This document shows, one piece after another, positions 9,044-17,477 of a stretch of DNA of 64,000 bases. The notes below the pieces were generated by a model. It ran no database searches. It worked only from the letters and a program-made list of their open reading frames with translations, and was not told the origin of the DNA. The stretch comes from a virus. The stretch spans positions 32,001 through 96,000 of the IMG/VR virus record IMGVR_UViG_3300049845_000291; one strand, given 5' to 3'. The translations under genes were made by a program, and so were the position numbers. The first letter of the stretch is position 1; each line of letters starts with the position of its first letter.

Positions 9044-9084
9044 ATTCTATCCAGTCTAGAGGACAGAGTGTAACGCGTTACACT
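9044..9084 (-). promoter_or_regulatory. GTTACA-N19-TAGAAT promoter with an 18-bp perfect palindrome
   Basis: AGTGTAACGCGTTACACT at 9067-9084; -10 hexamer TAGAAT at 9044-9049. Confidence 0.7.
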
Positions 9085-9713
9085 TCTGCCAGGAACCACT
9101 CCTGATACGTGCCCGGGAAGGACATGGGGTCATACGACCAAGCGGCACCCTCTGGTGTCGTGAGCTTCGTGGTCAACAGGATCTGTTCCATGGAGCCAAA
9201 CATCACGTGGCTCAGTGCATGGACGAAGTGCGGCGTGGCTGGGAAGAACACCGCCATACCACGAACCGGCGTCAGGCTGAAATCGTACGCTGGGAATTCA
9301 AGCTTCGCACCGTACACCTCGAACCGTGGGTCAAGAGGTACGGATGAGTTGAAGTCCTTGAGCCAGAGGAAGCCGACCAGATCGATGTCTCGAACCTTAT
9401 GCCACTTCTTTCTGGAATACATCCAGCCTTGGGCACCGATTGGTTCAGCGGGCTTCTTCGGATCTTCCCAGTACTGTTGGAACATGCCATTCCAGTCGAG
9501 CACTCGAGAACCGTACCGTTCTTCAATAGCTTGGCGATGAGGTGCGAGCGCACCTCGAATCATCGTCAGCTCGGCTGGTGGCAGCAGTCTTTCGTACTTG
9601 AGAGGACGACCGTCTTCGTCAAGACTCGGCTTCAGCAACCCAAGTTCCTTGATCAGCTGCTCGCAGCGGAGCGGGCTGATCAAGTCCTCAATTACGTGGA
9701 ATGGTGAGTGCAT
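9078..9713 (-). CDS. 2OG-Fe(II) oxygenase-fold protein, apparently degenerate
   Basis: FEVYGAKLEFP...PVRGMAVFFPATPHFVHALSHV resembles the prolyl-4-hydroxylase-type C-terminus. No HxD motif is visible. Confidence 0.55.
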   Translation of the reverse strand: MHSPFHVIEDLISPLRCEQLIKELGLLKPSLDEDGRPLKYERLLPPAELTMIRGALAPHRQAIEERYGSRVLDWNGMFQQYWEDPKKPAEPIGAQGWMYSRKKWHKVRDIDLVGFLWLKDFNSSVPLDPRFEVYGAKLEFPAYDFSLTPVRGMAVFFPATPHFVHALSHVMFGSMEQILLTTKLTTPEGAAWSYDPMSFPGTYQEWFLAEV

Positions 9714-10299
9714 TGGCGGTTTGGAGCTCTTCAAACACGCCGCGGTCAAGCTTCAGGAGTGGGGTCTCGCCAGCCTCTGTGACGCGCACCGTCACGAACT
9801 TTGCAAGATCGCCGAGCTGGACCTGAACGTCGTGTTCAAGGTTCTGGGTATCGCCGGGCCAGAACGAGAAGTGCGTCTCGTTTAGCGCGTACGCTGTTTT
9901 CTTACCGACCATCAGGCCGTTTGGCGTCAGTTCGTTGAGTCCCTCAGTGAGCTCGACCTTGACACGTTCGCCATCTACGACAATGAACAGCTCCTCTGAG
10001 AACTTAGACCACTCTGGGTGAGGATCATCAGCAGGGGGCGGTTCTTTCCTGATCTTGTCATCTGCCTTTGGGGCATCATCCTTCGGTGCTTCGGGCTCTT
10101 CCTTCGGAGCCTCGTCCTTTGGGGCCTCAGGCTCCTTCGGCGGTTCATCGTCTTCACCGGCAAGGGCGCCAAGAAATTCAACCAAACGGGCGGTCTTTGT
10201 GTTCAGGACCCGAACGTCAAGGCCTTCATCTTTGAAGATCTCCACTGCCTTGTTGATGGCTGGAGATTTCTCGTAGCACATGATCACGACTGGATGCAT
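9688..10299 (-). CDS. Hypothetical late protein with an acidic/Pro-rich linker
   Basis: 203-aa ORF with EPEAPKD repeats. Confidence 0.6.
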   Translation of the reverse strand: MHPVVIMCYEKSPAINKAVEIFKDEGLDVRVLNTKTARLVEFLGALAGEDDEPPKEPEAPKDEAPKEEPEAPKDDAPKADDKIRKEPPPADDPHPEWSKFSEELFIVVDGERVKVELTEGLNELTPNGLMVGKKTAYALNETHFSFWPGDTQNLEHDVQVQLGDLAKFVTVRVTEAGETPLLKLDRGVFEELQTANALTIPRN

Positions 10300-10300
10300 G

Positions 10301-10882
10301 TCAGTCCTCCATCGTCACGCGAGTGATCTTTGGGTTCGTCATCTTTGGGGCGTGCTTCACCATGAAGACGTGGCGTGCATGCGCTTTGTCCTTGACAGCC
10401 TTGATCTTTACCTGCCCAGTTGCGCGCTGTTTCATGTTGCCTTCAGGATCAGCCTTCTTAGCAGATTCGCTCTCGTCGTCGCAGCTGTACAGCACCGTTG
10501 CCGTTTTGTTTCCAGCAGATTCGGTCAGCCCAGCCATCTCACGGGCGCGGCGGGCCGCATAGAACTCATCCATCTCCTTGGCCACGACAGTTGGATCCTC
10601 TCCCTCAAGGACCTGCACAGGCGCCATGGTTTCAGCCTGCAGCGCGAGCTTGCACTTGTCCATGGCAATGCGCTTCACGATCTTGTATGTGCTCTGGGCG
10701 TATGTCACGGGGTCAGTGATGCAGACACACAACACCAAGTCCGCCATGACCATTGGGTCATTTGGTTGGGAGCTTACTGCTGGTTGGCTGTCAATCCAAA
10801 CTGAGATGTGTGAACAAGATGAGGTGTCAACATCAGCTGGCACCTGCACCGCTGCAGTCAGGTCGTATGAATCGGGGTACAT
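10301..10882 (-). CDS. Hypothetical late protein, putative internal head protein
   Basis: TAAATA at 10903, AAGGAG RBS and a REMAGLTE motif. Confidence 0.6.
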   Translation of the reverse strand: MYPDSYDLTAAVQVPADVDTSSCSHISVWIDSQPAVSSQPNDPMVMADLVLCVCITDPVTYAQSTYKIVKRIAMDKCKLALQAETMAPVQVLEGEDPTVVAKEMDEFYAARRAREMAGLTESAGNKTATVLYSCDDESESAKKADPEGNMKQRATGQVKIKAVKDKAHARHVFMVKHAPKMTNPKITRVTMED

Positions 10883-10905
10883 TGCTGCTCCTTTTTGAGG
10901 ACTAT

Positions 10906-11643
10906 TTAGACCTTTTGAAGCACCTGTGCCCAGAACCGCGCGGCGCGCTCTCGCAGCTCGGAGAACTTGCTTTCGACGTCTACAATGAACTCCAGTGGGA
11001 AGCCCTTTGCCGCAGCCATCAAGATAACACCCTGTTTGATGTCAGTTCCGAACCGCTCATTGTGTGCCATCGCATAGAACGCAAGCTGGATCTCATAATC
11101 CGCAACATCGTCGCGGTTCTTGATCCGAGCGGCGGTCTTGAAGTCAATGATCGATGGGACGCCCTTGTATTCCCCAGCACAATCAAATCGACCCGCCACT
11201 TGAACCTGGTCAGAGTACAGCGCCTTCTCTTGACCCCAGATCTCGTTGATCAGGTTCAGCTTGAGCTTCAAGGAATTGAAGGCGTTTCGATCGTCCTGAG
11301 GAATGCTCTGACCATCAACCGGTGCAAAGACCTCCTGATCTTTCAGGTACCGTTCGACCAGCGTGTGCACCATCGTGCCATGCTGGGTTGCTTCAAGGCT
11401 TTTTTGCGCGGCGCTTTTTTCGCCTAAGGATTTTCTCCACTGCTCGAGCGAACGCTTTTTCTCCGGCGCTTCGGTTATTCCCAAGACGGTGGTGATCGAT
11501 GGCAGCGCGCCAATTGGTGTGCTGTACCACCGCATTCCAAGCTCATTCGTGGTCTCGTACTCGACGTACGGAAATGGGCGGTGAACTCGTTGAGCTGTAC
11601 TTGACGGGGCAACCTTGTCCTTCAGCCAGTTCTTGGGGGTCAT
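10906..11643 (-). CDS. PD-(D/E)XK exonuclease (Cas4/RecB-like phage exonuclease)
   Basis: PSITTVLG, HGTMVH, AGRFDC, IIDFKT and QLAFYA motifs. Confidence 0.85.
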   Translation of the reverse strand: MTPKNWLKDKVAPSSTAQRVHRPFPYVEYETTNELGMRWYSTPIGALPSITTVLGITEAPEKKRSLEQWRKSLGEKSAAQKSLEATQHGTMVHTLVERYLKDQEVFAPVDGQSIPQDDRNAFNSLKLKLNLINEIWGQEKALYSDQVQVAGRFDCAGEYKGVPSIIDFKTAARIKNRDDVADYEIQLAFYAMAHNERFGTDIKQGVILMAAAKGFPLEFIVDVESKFSELRERAARFWAQVLQKV

Positions 11644-12194
11644 GTGTGATTCAAGCGCCGCAACCGCATTGAAGCTGACTTACGTCGAGTCAACTTTGAC
11701 TTCATCGCTCGGATGAACTTCTTTCTAGTTGCTGCAATTCGGAGCTTGTTCCTCGTCTTGGCTGGAATAGGCGGCTTGAATGCGGTCTTTGGGTTAACTA
11801 CGACCCGACCTTTGCGGCGCCCGCTGGTTACGCGGAATCCACGCTTGATCTTGTTGCCGACTCTCCTGAAAGCTGGTCTGATGCCCTCTTGCAGATCGTC
11901 ATCAAGTTCAGAGAACGCTTCTACAGGAAGGACTATACCATGTGGGAACCTGTCGTCATTCTCTTTCTTAAGGATGACATCATTGTCATCGAGGGTTGCT
12001 GTGAACAGATCACCATGAACGTCTTTGAACTGCCCACTGCCCGAATTGAGAGCGGCCAAGAAGTCGTCGACCTTTGATCGGTCGAGCTTCATCACAAAGT
12101 CGTCGGCGCTGAGCAGCAGGCCACCCGCGAGCTCAGCAACGTTCCAGCCGTCGACAGTCTTCGGCTTAGCTGTCGAAGTGCTCGTCGTGTTCAC
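11640..12194 (-). CDS. Putative prohead-core / DNA-binding virion protein
   Basis: Acidic N-half, an LQE site, then a very basic tail (RVTSGRRKGRVV...KLTRRKSAS). Confidence 0.55.
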   Translation of the reverse strand: MNTTSTSTAKPKTVDGWNVAELAGGLLLSADDFVMKLDRSKVDDFLAALNSGSGQFKDVHGDLFTATLDDNDVILKKENDDRFPHGIVLPVEAFSELDDDLQEGIRPAFRRVGNKIKRGFRVTSGRRKGRVVVNPKTAFKPPIPAKTRNKLRIAATRKKFIRAMKSKLTRRKSASMRLRRLNHT

Positions 12195-12555
12195 GATACC
12201 AGACTTTCGTGAGACCGTTCAGGAACGACAAGATGTCCTTGCTCGTATCACCGATGCTGCCACAATAGATGTCATTCTTCTGACCTTGGACAACCGCCAT
12301 CCACTCATTCGTCCAGGTGAAGCGAACAACATCGCCTTTTTTGGTCCGAACGTCAAGATGGTTCTTGCGGCGCTCGCTCGTAACTGACTCGATCGCCTTG
12401 TTTGCGCGAAGCTCATCTGCTGTCTTCGCAATGCGATCTTTCATCTGCCGCTGAGCAATGTACTCTCGATCGGACTGTTCAACGTCAGCAGCGCGAGCTG
12501 CCTTGGACATGCCCTGCCCAAGAACGCGCGCCTCAGATAGCTCGCTGAACTTCAT
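12166..12555 (-). CDS. Putative internal head protein
   Basis: N-terminus MKFSELSEA resembles a T4 capsid-targeting sequence. Confidence 0.55.
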   Translation of the reverse strand: MKFSELSEARVLGQGMSKAARAADVEQSDREYIAQRQMKDRIAKTADELRANKAIESVTSERRKNHLDVRTKKGDVVRFTWTNEWMAVVQGQKNDIYCGSIGDTSKDILSFLNGLTKVWYREHDEHFDS

Positions 12556-14795
12556 CAGTTCCTCCAGCCCTTTGGGCGACCGCCAGTTTTGAGCTTGGTG
12601 GTCCTCAGCATGTTTGCGTACTCCAAGGCAGCCTTGTAGCCTTCCTTCGAGTTCTCAAAGTACCTGGAATGCAGCGCCCCGTCGAATGGACCGTCAATGC
12701 CGACACGCAAGGTCTTCATCCCCGTAGCATCAGGATCAACACCAAGTGCGAGAACTGTCTCCTCGTGCGTATCATCACCGACGTGTGTGGCCATCATGGC
12801 TGGGCCGGCCGCCGGCTCAAACATGTTCAGGTACTTCAGGTCGCTATCTGTGAGCGCTGAAAGCTCGCTGAAGGCCTCATTCAGGTTCTCGTTCTTTTGG
12901 CCTGGTTGAACGCGGGTGAAGGTACGATTTGGCTCGTTTTCCTCATTCAGGGCGGTCAGCAGATTCTTCATCTTCTGCATCACCAGTGCCTTGTTCTTGA
13001 GCGACTGGCGCTTTTCACGAAGGGACTTGATCAGATTGGCTTCTTGGAAATCCAGGTGCTTGGCTGGAATACCAAGGGCAACAAAGATAGCCTCAACCAT
13101 GTTGAGGTACGGATCTGCACCAACGTTCAGGTCACCATCACCTTCAGCCAGCGGCTTACCAGCGCGCTGAAGTCCGGCCATGATTGGCTCGTTCACGTCA
13201 TCAGTCTTGATGCCCATGCGTTGCGCCAGCACGATCATCGCACGGCGTAGCTCGTCATTCGTGCCGATGAGCTTGGCGGCACGCAGCAGAGCCGGAGCAG
13301 CCGGGCCTGGACCTTCAGTGCTGACGACTTCGGCTGGAAGCCCGAGCTTGATCAGGATGGTCTCGAACATCTTCTGGATCGCCGCACCGCGCTTTGGCAC
13401 CGCACGCTCGGCCTCAAGGGCGTACCCCTTGACGGTGGCCATCATGTTGTAGAACTTGTTGAAGGCTGTCAGGACTGACCTCTCCTTGCGAAGCATGTCG
13501 CCGGCCGCTTGAACAGCTTCCTTGACGCCATCAACGTTCACGAAACGGCCAGGGATACCAGTCATCGCGTAGAACGCGACAAGCTTCTTGTCAATGGCAC
13601 GTGGCAGCTGAGCAACCAGCGCCATGTACTGCTTGTCCATCGGGATAGCCATGCCATCCTTCACCGAGTCGCGGTCAACAACCGGAGCTTTTGCTTCCAG
13701 CACGCGCGACAGAAAGTTTGCACCAATTGTCATGTCAACTCCTTGAACACGGAACTTGATCTCGTCCGTTGATTTCTGTTCAGCCATCAGTTCAGCAGCT
13801 TGTCGGCTTGCGAACATTCCCGGCATGTATCCCAGTGCGCGACCTTCGGCAATCGCCTCAAGCACGAACTCACCTTCACCTGATTTAGCAAGCTTGGCGA
13901 GCTGGCTAAGGCCTTCTTCCGTTTGGACAGGCTCCTTCTTCTTTTTCTTCTTGATCACGTTCCCATTCTCGTCTTTCTTGGGATTTCCGTCATCATCGAG
14001 TTCGACCTCTTCGTCTTCCTCACCAGCATCGCCTTCAGCATCGCCTTCAGCATCGCCTTCAGCATCGCCTTCAGCATCGCCTTCAGCATCGCCTTCAGCA
14101 TCGCCTTCAGCATCGCCTTCAGCATCGCCTTCAGCATCGCCTTCAGCATCGCCTTCAGCATCATGACTCGAACCATTTGGGGGCGCTTCATCAGCACCTG
14201 CGGCCAAATCGTTCTCGACCTCACCAGCTGTCGGCTCATCGGCTGAAGTTGTAGGTTGATCCGAAGTATCCTCTGGAGCAGGCTCGTCATCTGCAGCCAG
14301 GGCTGGTTCTGATTCCTCGTCACCAAAGAGCTCGTCAAAGTCGCTGTCGATGGTCAGATCGTCTTCAGATCCCTCTGGGTCGCTTGGCCAAACAACGTCG
14401 ACGATCTCGAACTTCTGCGCAAGAGTCGCGATGGCTTCTTCTGGGTCACCTTCAATACCCAGTAGTTTCGACATTTCAGCTTCGAACTCGTCAGCCTGGT
14501 CAGCACGCACATACACCTTGATGATGTCACCTTCAGGATCGGCAGGATCTTGCAGACCGAAAAGAATGGTGTCAACCTCATCGTTGATCTCAGCTGCACG
14601 CTCAAGATAGTTGTTGATGTCAGATCCTGACAGCTTGCCGTCAGAGTTCAAGACGTTGCGCATCATCGAGAATTGCACATCAACAGGCTTCGCGGAAACG
14701 TCACCACTACCCGCGTTAGAACCATCTGAGCTCTTGAGGTCAGCTTGGAAATTGCCTTTTGACGAGATACCCGCCAGCTCTTGAATCAACTTCAT
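12555..14795 (-). CDS. Large acidic late protein with (DAEG)11 repeat, putative processed internal head protein
   Basis: 746 aa, in an operon downstream of TAAATA, with several (L/I)xE sites. Confidence 0.65.
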   Translation of the reverse strand: MKLIQELAGISSKGNFQADLKSSDGSNAGSGDVSAKPVDVQFSMMRNVLNSDGKLSGSDINNYLERAAEINDEVDTILFGLQDPADPEGDIIKVYVRADQADEFEAEMSKLLGIEGDPEEAIATLAQKFEIVDVVWPSDPEGSEDDLTIDSDFDELFGDEESEPALAADDEPAPEDTSDQPTTSADEPTAGEVENDLAAGADEAPPNGSSHDAEGDAEGDAEGDAEGDAEGDAEGDAEGDAEGDAEGDAEGDAEGDAGEEDEEVELDDDGNPKKDENGNVIKKKKKKEPVQTEEGLSQLAKLAKSGEGEFVLEAIAEGRALGYMPGMFASRQAAELMAEQKSTDEIKFRVQGVDMTIGANFLSRVLEAKAPVVDRDSVKDGMAIPMDKQYMALVAQLPRAIDKKLVAFYAMTGIPGRFVNVDGVKEAVQAAGDMLRKERSVLTAFNKFYNMMATVKGYALEAERAVPKRGAAIQKMFETILIKLGLPAEVVSTEGPGPAAPALLRAAKLIGTNDELRRAMIVLAQRMGIKTDDVNEPIMAGLQRAGKPLAEGDGDLNVGADPYLNMVEAIFVALGIPAKHLDFQEANLIKSLREKRQSLKNKALVMQKMKNLLTALNEENEPNRTFTRVQPGQKNENLNEAFSELSALTDSDLKYLNMFEPAAGPAMMATHVGDDTHEETVLALGVDPDATGMKTLRVGIDGPFDGALHSRYFENSKEGYKAALEYANMLRTTKLKTGGRPKGWRN
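14024..14162. repeat. Perfect 12-bp tandem repeat (CAGCATCGCCTT), about 11.6 copies
   Basis: Read directly; encodes DAEG on the - strand. Confidence 0.97.
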
Positions 14796-17116
14796 GAATC
14801 TTTCCTTGGATCTGGGAACTGGAGCGACAGCCGTTGAGCCGCCTTAGATCGCTTACGCGGCACAATAACTCGGCCTCTTGCAACTGGTTTCCGAAGGATC
14901 TTTGACTCCCGGCTTGCGATGGCACTTGCTGTCGTAGAAACACCAGGAGTCGCTGCTGTTGAGGGTGCTGCAGGCGCGACAGCGGCGCCCTCATCTTCCG
15001 ACAGGCGACTGATTTCTTTGAGAAGCGACCCCTCAAAGACCATTGGATCGGTGGTTGCAGGACTTGTCATGAGCAGTGTAGGTTGCAGTGCACGGAATCG
15101 AGTAAAGAGGAATGATCGTGGAATGAACTGCAAGGCGTACATGTACAGCCTGTTGGAGGCCTTGATCTGTTCGTCTTGTGTAAGTTCTGGCCATCTAACC
15201 ATCCAATCAAGCAGGCTATTTAGCCGTTCACTGCGCAGCCCGGATAGATCAATAAGGCGCTGTAGCGTTTTCCGGTGATCTGCCCAGTCGATCTTGACCT
15301 GCTTGTCAAGTGAAAAGTCCATGTGCAGGAACTTCCACCAAGGCGCCGGGATGTGTCGCGTGACCTTGAACAGCTCGGCTTGCACTTGCTTCGTCATGTG
15401 TTTCTTGACGTCAGGACGGCTGTTCCGCCAGAACATGTACCCCCAGTGATTCAGCGGGCTCATGTCGGCTGACCAGCGCTTCAACATGTAGTTCTTGCGG
15501 TCGCGGAGCTTGCGTAGGGCTAGCTTGTCTTGAACATGGAACATGAACATCGTCATGAAGGCCATAGCGAAGTACCCATTGAACAGCTGGAAACTGTCCT
15601 TGCGATCAAAATCACTCAGGTCGATCTCACCAAAGCTCGCCCGACGGGTCTTGATCTTCTTGATCCTGGCTTCGAGCAGTGCCTCGTTTACCTTTTCATG
15701 TGCGGCCTTTGCGTGCACACCGTACAGCACCGCGAGCAGCTGGTCGAGCCGATCAGTTCCCTTGACCTTGTTAAACAACTCAGTTAGGTTCTTCTTGGTC
15801 TCGGCGAAGCTTGCGAGGGTCTTCTTGACCGTATCGTCAGACAGACCGAACTCACGACCGTCCTTGAGACGGAGCTTGTACTCCTCACGGGACTCTTTGA
15901 ACTCCTTGAGCTTCGCCCCAAGGTCCTTGTTCGCGTTCGAGATCAGAGCCAGGATTCTAAGCCGCAGACCTTGAAAGTCATCAAGATCGGGCATACCTTT
16001 CGCCATGTTCCGAATGGTGTCAGCTGGCGTTTCACCCTTGATGCTGGCCAGCAGCTTGCGTGCGTTTGCGCTCTTTGCCAGCTCACGGTTGCCAAGCGTG
16101 TCGGCGATCTTGATCTTCAGGTCACCAACCAGGCCACCACGCGCCTCAAGCCCAGCTTCAGGATCGGTGGTGTTTATTGGTCCTTGGAGCTCTGCTCGGA
16201 CTGCCTGGTTGAATCGATTCACGGCCGTGAACACGTCACGATCAACGATCTTGAGCTGGCTACCATCTTCAGCCCGAAGCACGATACCTTCAACCTCAAG
16301 GTTGTCACCGTTCTGGGCCCGCAGGGATTTGACGAGCTTGTTGATCAGCAGCTTCTTAATTGGCAGCTTATGCTCTTGGTGGAGTGCGGCTTGGAGCTCA
16401 GCACGAGCCTCTTTGGCCTTTGGGCGATCGTCCTTGGAGACTTGATTCAAATTCAGGGTGAGCAGCTCGTACTTGGTCTTGCCAGCTATCGCGCTTGGCT
16501 CCTTAAGGAACTTCTCAAGCTTCTGGATCGCTGCATCAAGGCCATCAACCTGAAGCTTTGATGGGTCAATTTCCTTGGGCTCAACGAACTCGAAGGTCGT
16601 GATCTCAGGGCGGAGCTTCAGGTTCTCGCCGTCGTCCGAGCTCACGGCGTTGAAGCGAGCATCAACACGATGTCCCTTCAATGACTTTGCTAGCGCGGCA
16701 GCGGTCTCATCTGACGTTCCTTCGACGCCACGCAGGATCGCAATCTGTGATCCGCCCGTGTTGTACGACACCGCGTTTGGTTGTTGACCGAACAACACCT
16801 CAACTTCCACGATGGAACCAGGCTGCAGGTGCTGCTTGATGATCTCCTGCTTTTGCTCCAGCGCCGAGTGCGCGGCTTTGAACTGGTTGTGCGCCGAGAC
16901 GTCTGGCCAGTTTACAACCTTGAACTTTCGTTCAGCGTTTGCGTGTTTACCTTCACGTGACGTGAAGAACCGACCTTCTTCGTCAACACCAACCCACAGA
17001 TTAGCGCCATCGAGCTTTTCTTGCGCTTTCATCCGAGGAAGCTCACGCAGGGCCTGAATGAACTCATCCAGGTCCAAGTCCTCGATATGCGTCACTGATT
17101 CCAAGAGTACTGGCAT
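14792..17116 (-). CDS. Late protein with an N-terminal ATP-dependent ligase-like nucleotidyltransferase domain
   Basis: Motif I EKLDGAN, FTSR, motif III EVEVLFG, motif IV EGIVLR, motif V LKIVD. TAAATA lies 5 nt upstream of the ATG. Confidence 0.6.
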   Translation of the reverse strand: MPVLLESVTHIEDLDLDEFIQALRELPRMKAQEKLDGANLWVGVDEEGRFFTSREGKHANAERKFKVVNWPDVSAHNQFKAAHSALEQKQEIIKQHLQPGSIVEVEVLFGQQPNAVSYNTGGSQIAILRGVEGTSDETAAALAKSLKGHRVDARFNAVSSDDGENLKLRPEITTFEFVEPKEIDPSKLQVDGLDAAIQKLEKFLKEPSAIAGKTKYELLTLNLNQVSKDDRPKAKEARAELQAALHQEHKLPIKKLLINKLVKSLRAQNGDNLEVEGIVLRAEDGSQLKIVDRDVFTAVNRFNQAVRAELQGPINTTDPEAGLEARGGLVGDLKIKIADTLGNRELAKSANARKLLASIKGETPADTIRNMAKGMPDLDDFQGLRLRILALISNANKDLGAKLKEFKESREEYKLRLKDGREFGLSDDTVKKTLASFAETKKNLTELFNKVKGTDRLDQLLAVLYGVHAKAAHEKVNEALLEARIKKIKTRRASFGEIDLSDFDRKDSFQLFNGYFAMAFMTMFMFHVQDKLALRKLRDRKNYMLKRWSADMSPLNHWGYMFWRNSRPDVKKHMTKQVQAELFKVTRHIPAPWWKFLHMDFSLDKQVKIDWADHRKTLQRLIDLSGLRSERLNSLLDWMVRWPELTQDEQIKASNRLYMYALQFIPRSFLFTRFRALQPTLLMTSPATTDPMVFEGSLLKEISRLSEDEGAAVAPAAPSTAATPGVSTTASAIASRESKILRKPVARGRVIVPRKRSKAAQRLSLQFPDPRKDS

Positions 17117-17139
17117 GCCACTATTTAGGCCCGGATACC

Positions 17140-17168
17140 AAAGAAGGGGCCAATGGCCCCTTCTGTTT
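17140..17168 (-). terminator. Rho-independent terminator
   Basis: AGAAGGGGCC-ATT-GGCCCCTTCTTT on the - strand. Confidence 0.8.
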
Positions 17169-17182
17169 CATCCACCTCGATC

Positions 17183-17431
17183 TCAGGCGGCAGCTTCAGC
17201 TTCAGCCGGCTTTTCGGCGGCCTGCTCCTCAAGCTCGCGCTTCACGGCCTCAGTGATCTGATTCGCCACCGATTGAACCGCCGCGTTGGACTTGATGACC
17301 TCGAGCTGAGCGGCCTGCAGGTCAGCTTGGAACTTGTTGTACACCGCGACAGCGGATTGAATGCCCTGGCTGAACTTCGACAGCTCGTGCTGAACACCGT
17401 CGATCGTGATGGTTGGGGTGCCTTGATCCAT
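17183..17431 (-). CDS. Small coiled-coil late protein
   Basis: Start MDQGTPTITIDG with AGGAG RBS; TAAATA at 17475. Confidence 0.6.
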   Translation of the reverse strand: MDQGTPTITIDGVQHELSKFSQGIQSAVAVYNKFQADLQAAQLEVIKSNAAVQSVANQITEAVKRELEEQAAEKPAEAEAAA

Positions 17432-17477
17432 GTTGGATGCTCCTATACGTATGGGTTGTGGTTGGTACCGCAGGTAT

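Noticed and set aside
10906-11643. Cas4 as part of a CRISPR system
   Set aside because: No cas genes or array nearby and no Fe-S cysteine set; it fits a stand-alone phage PD-(D/E)XK exonuclease.
14024-14162. Possible CRISPR array
   Set aside because: The 12-bp units are contiguous with no spacers and lie in frame within a CDS.
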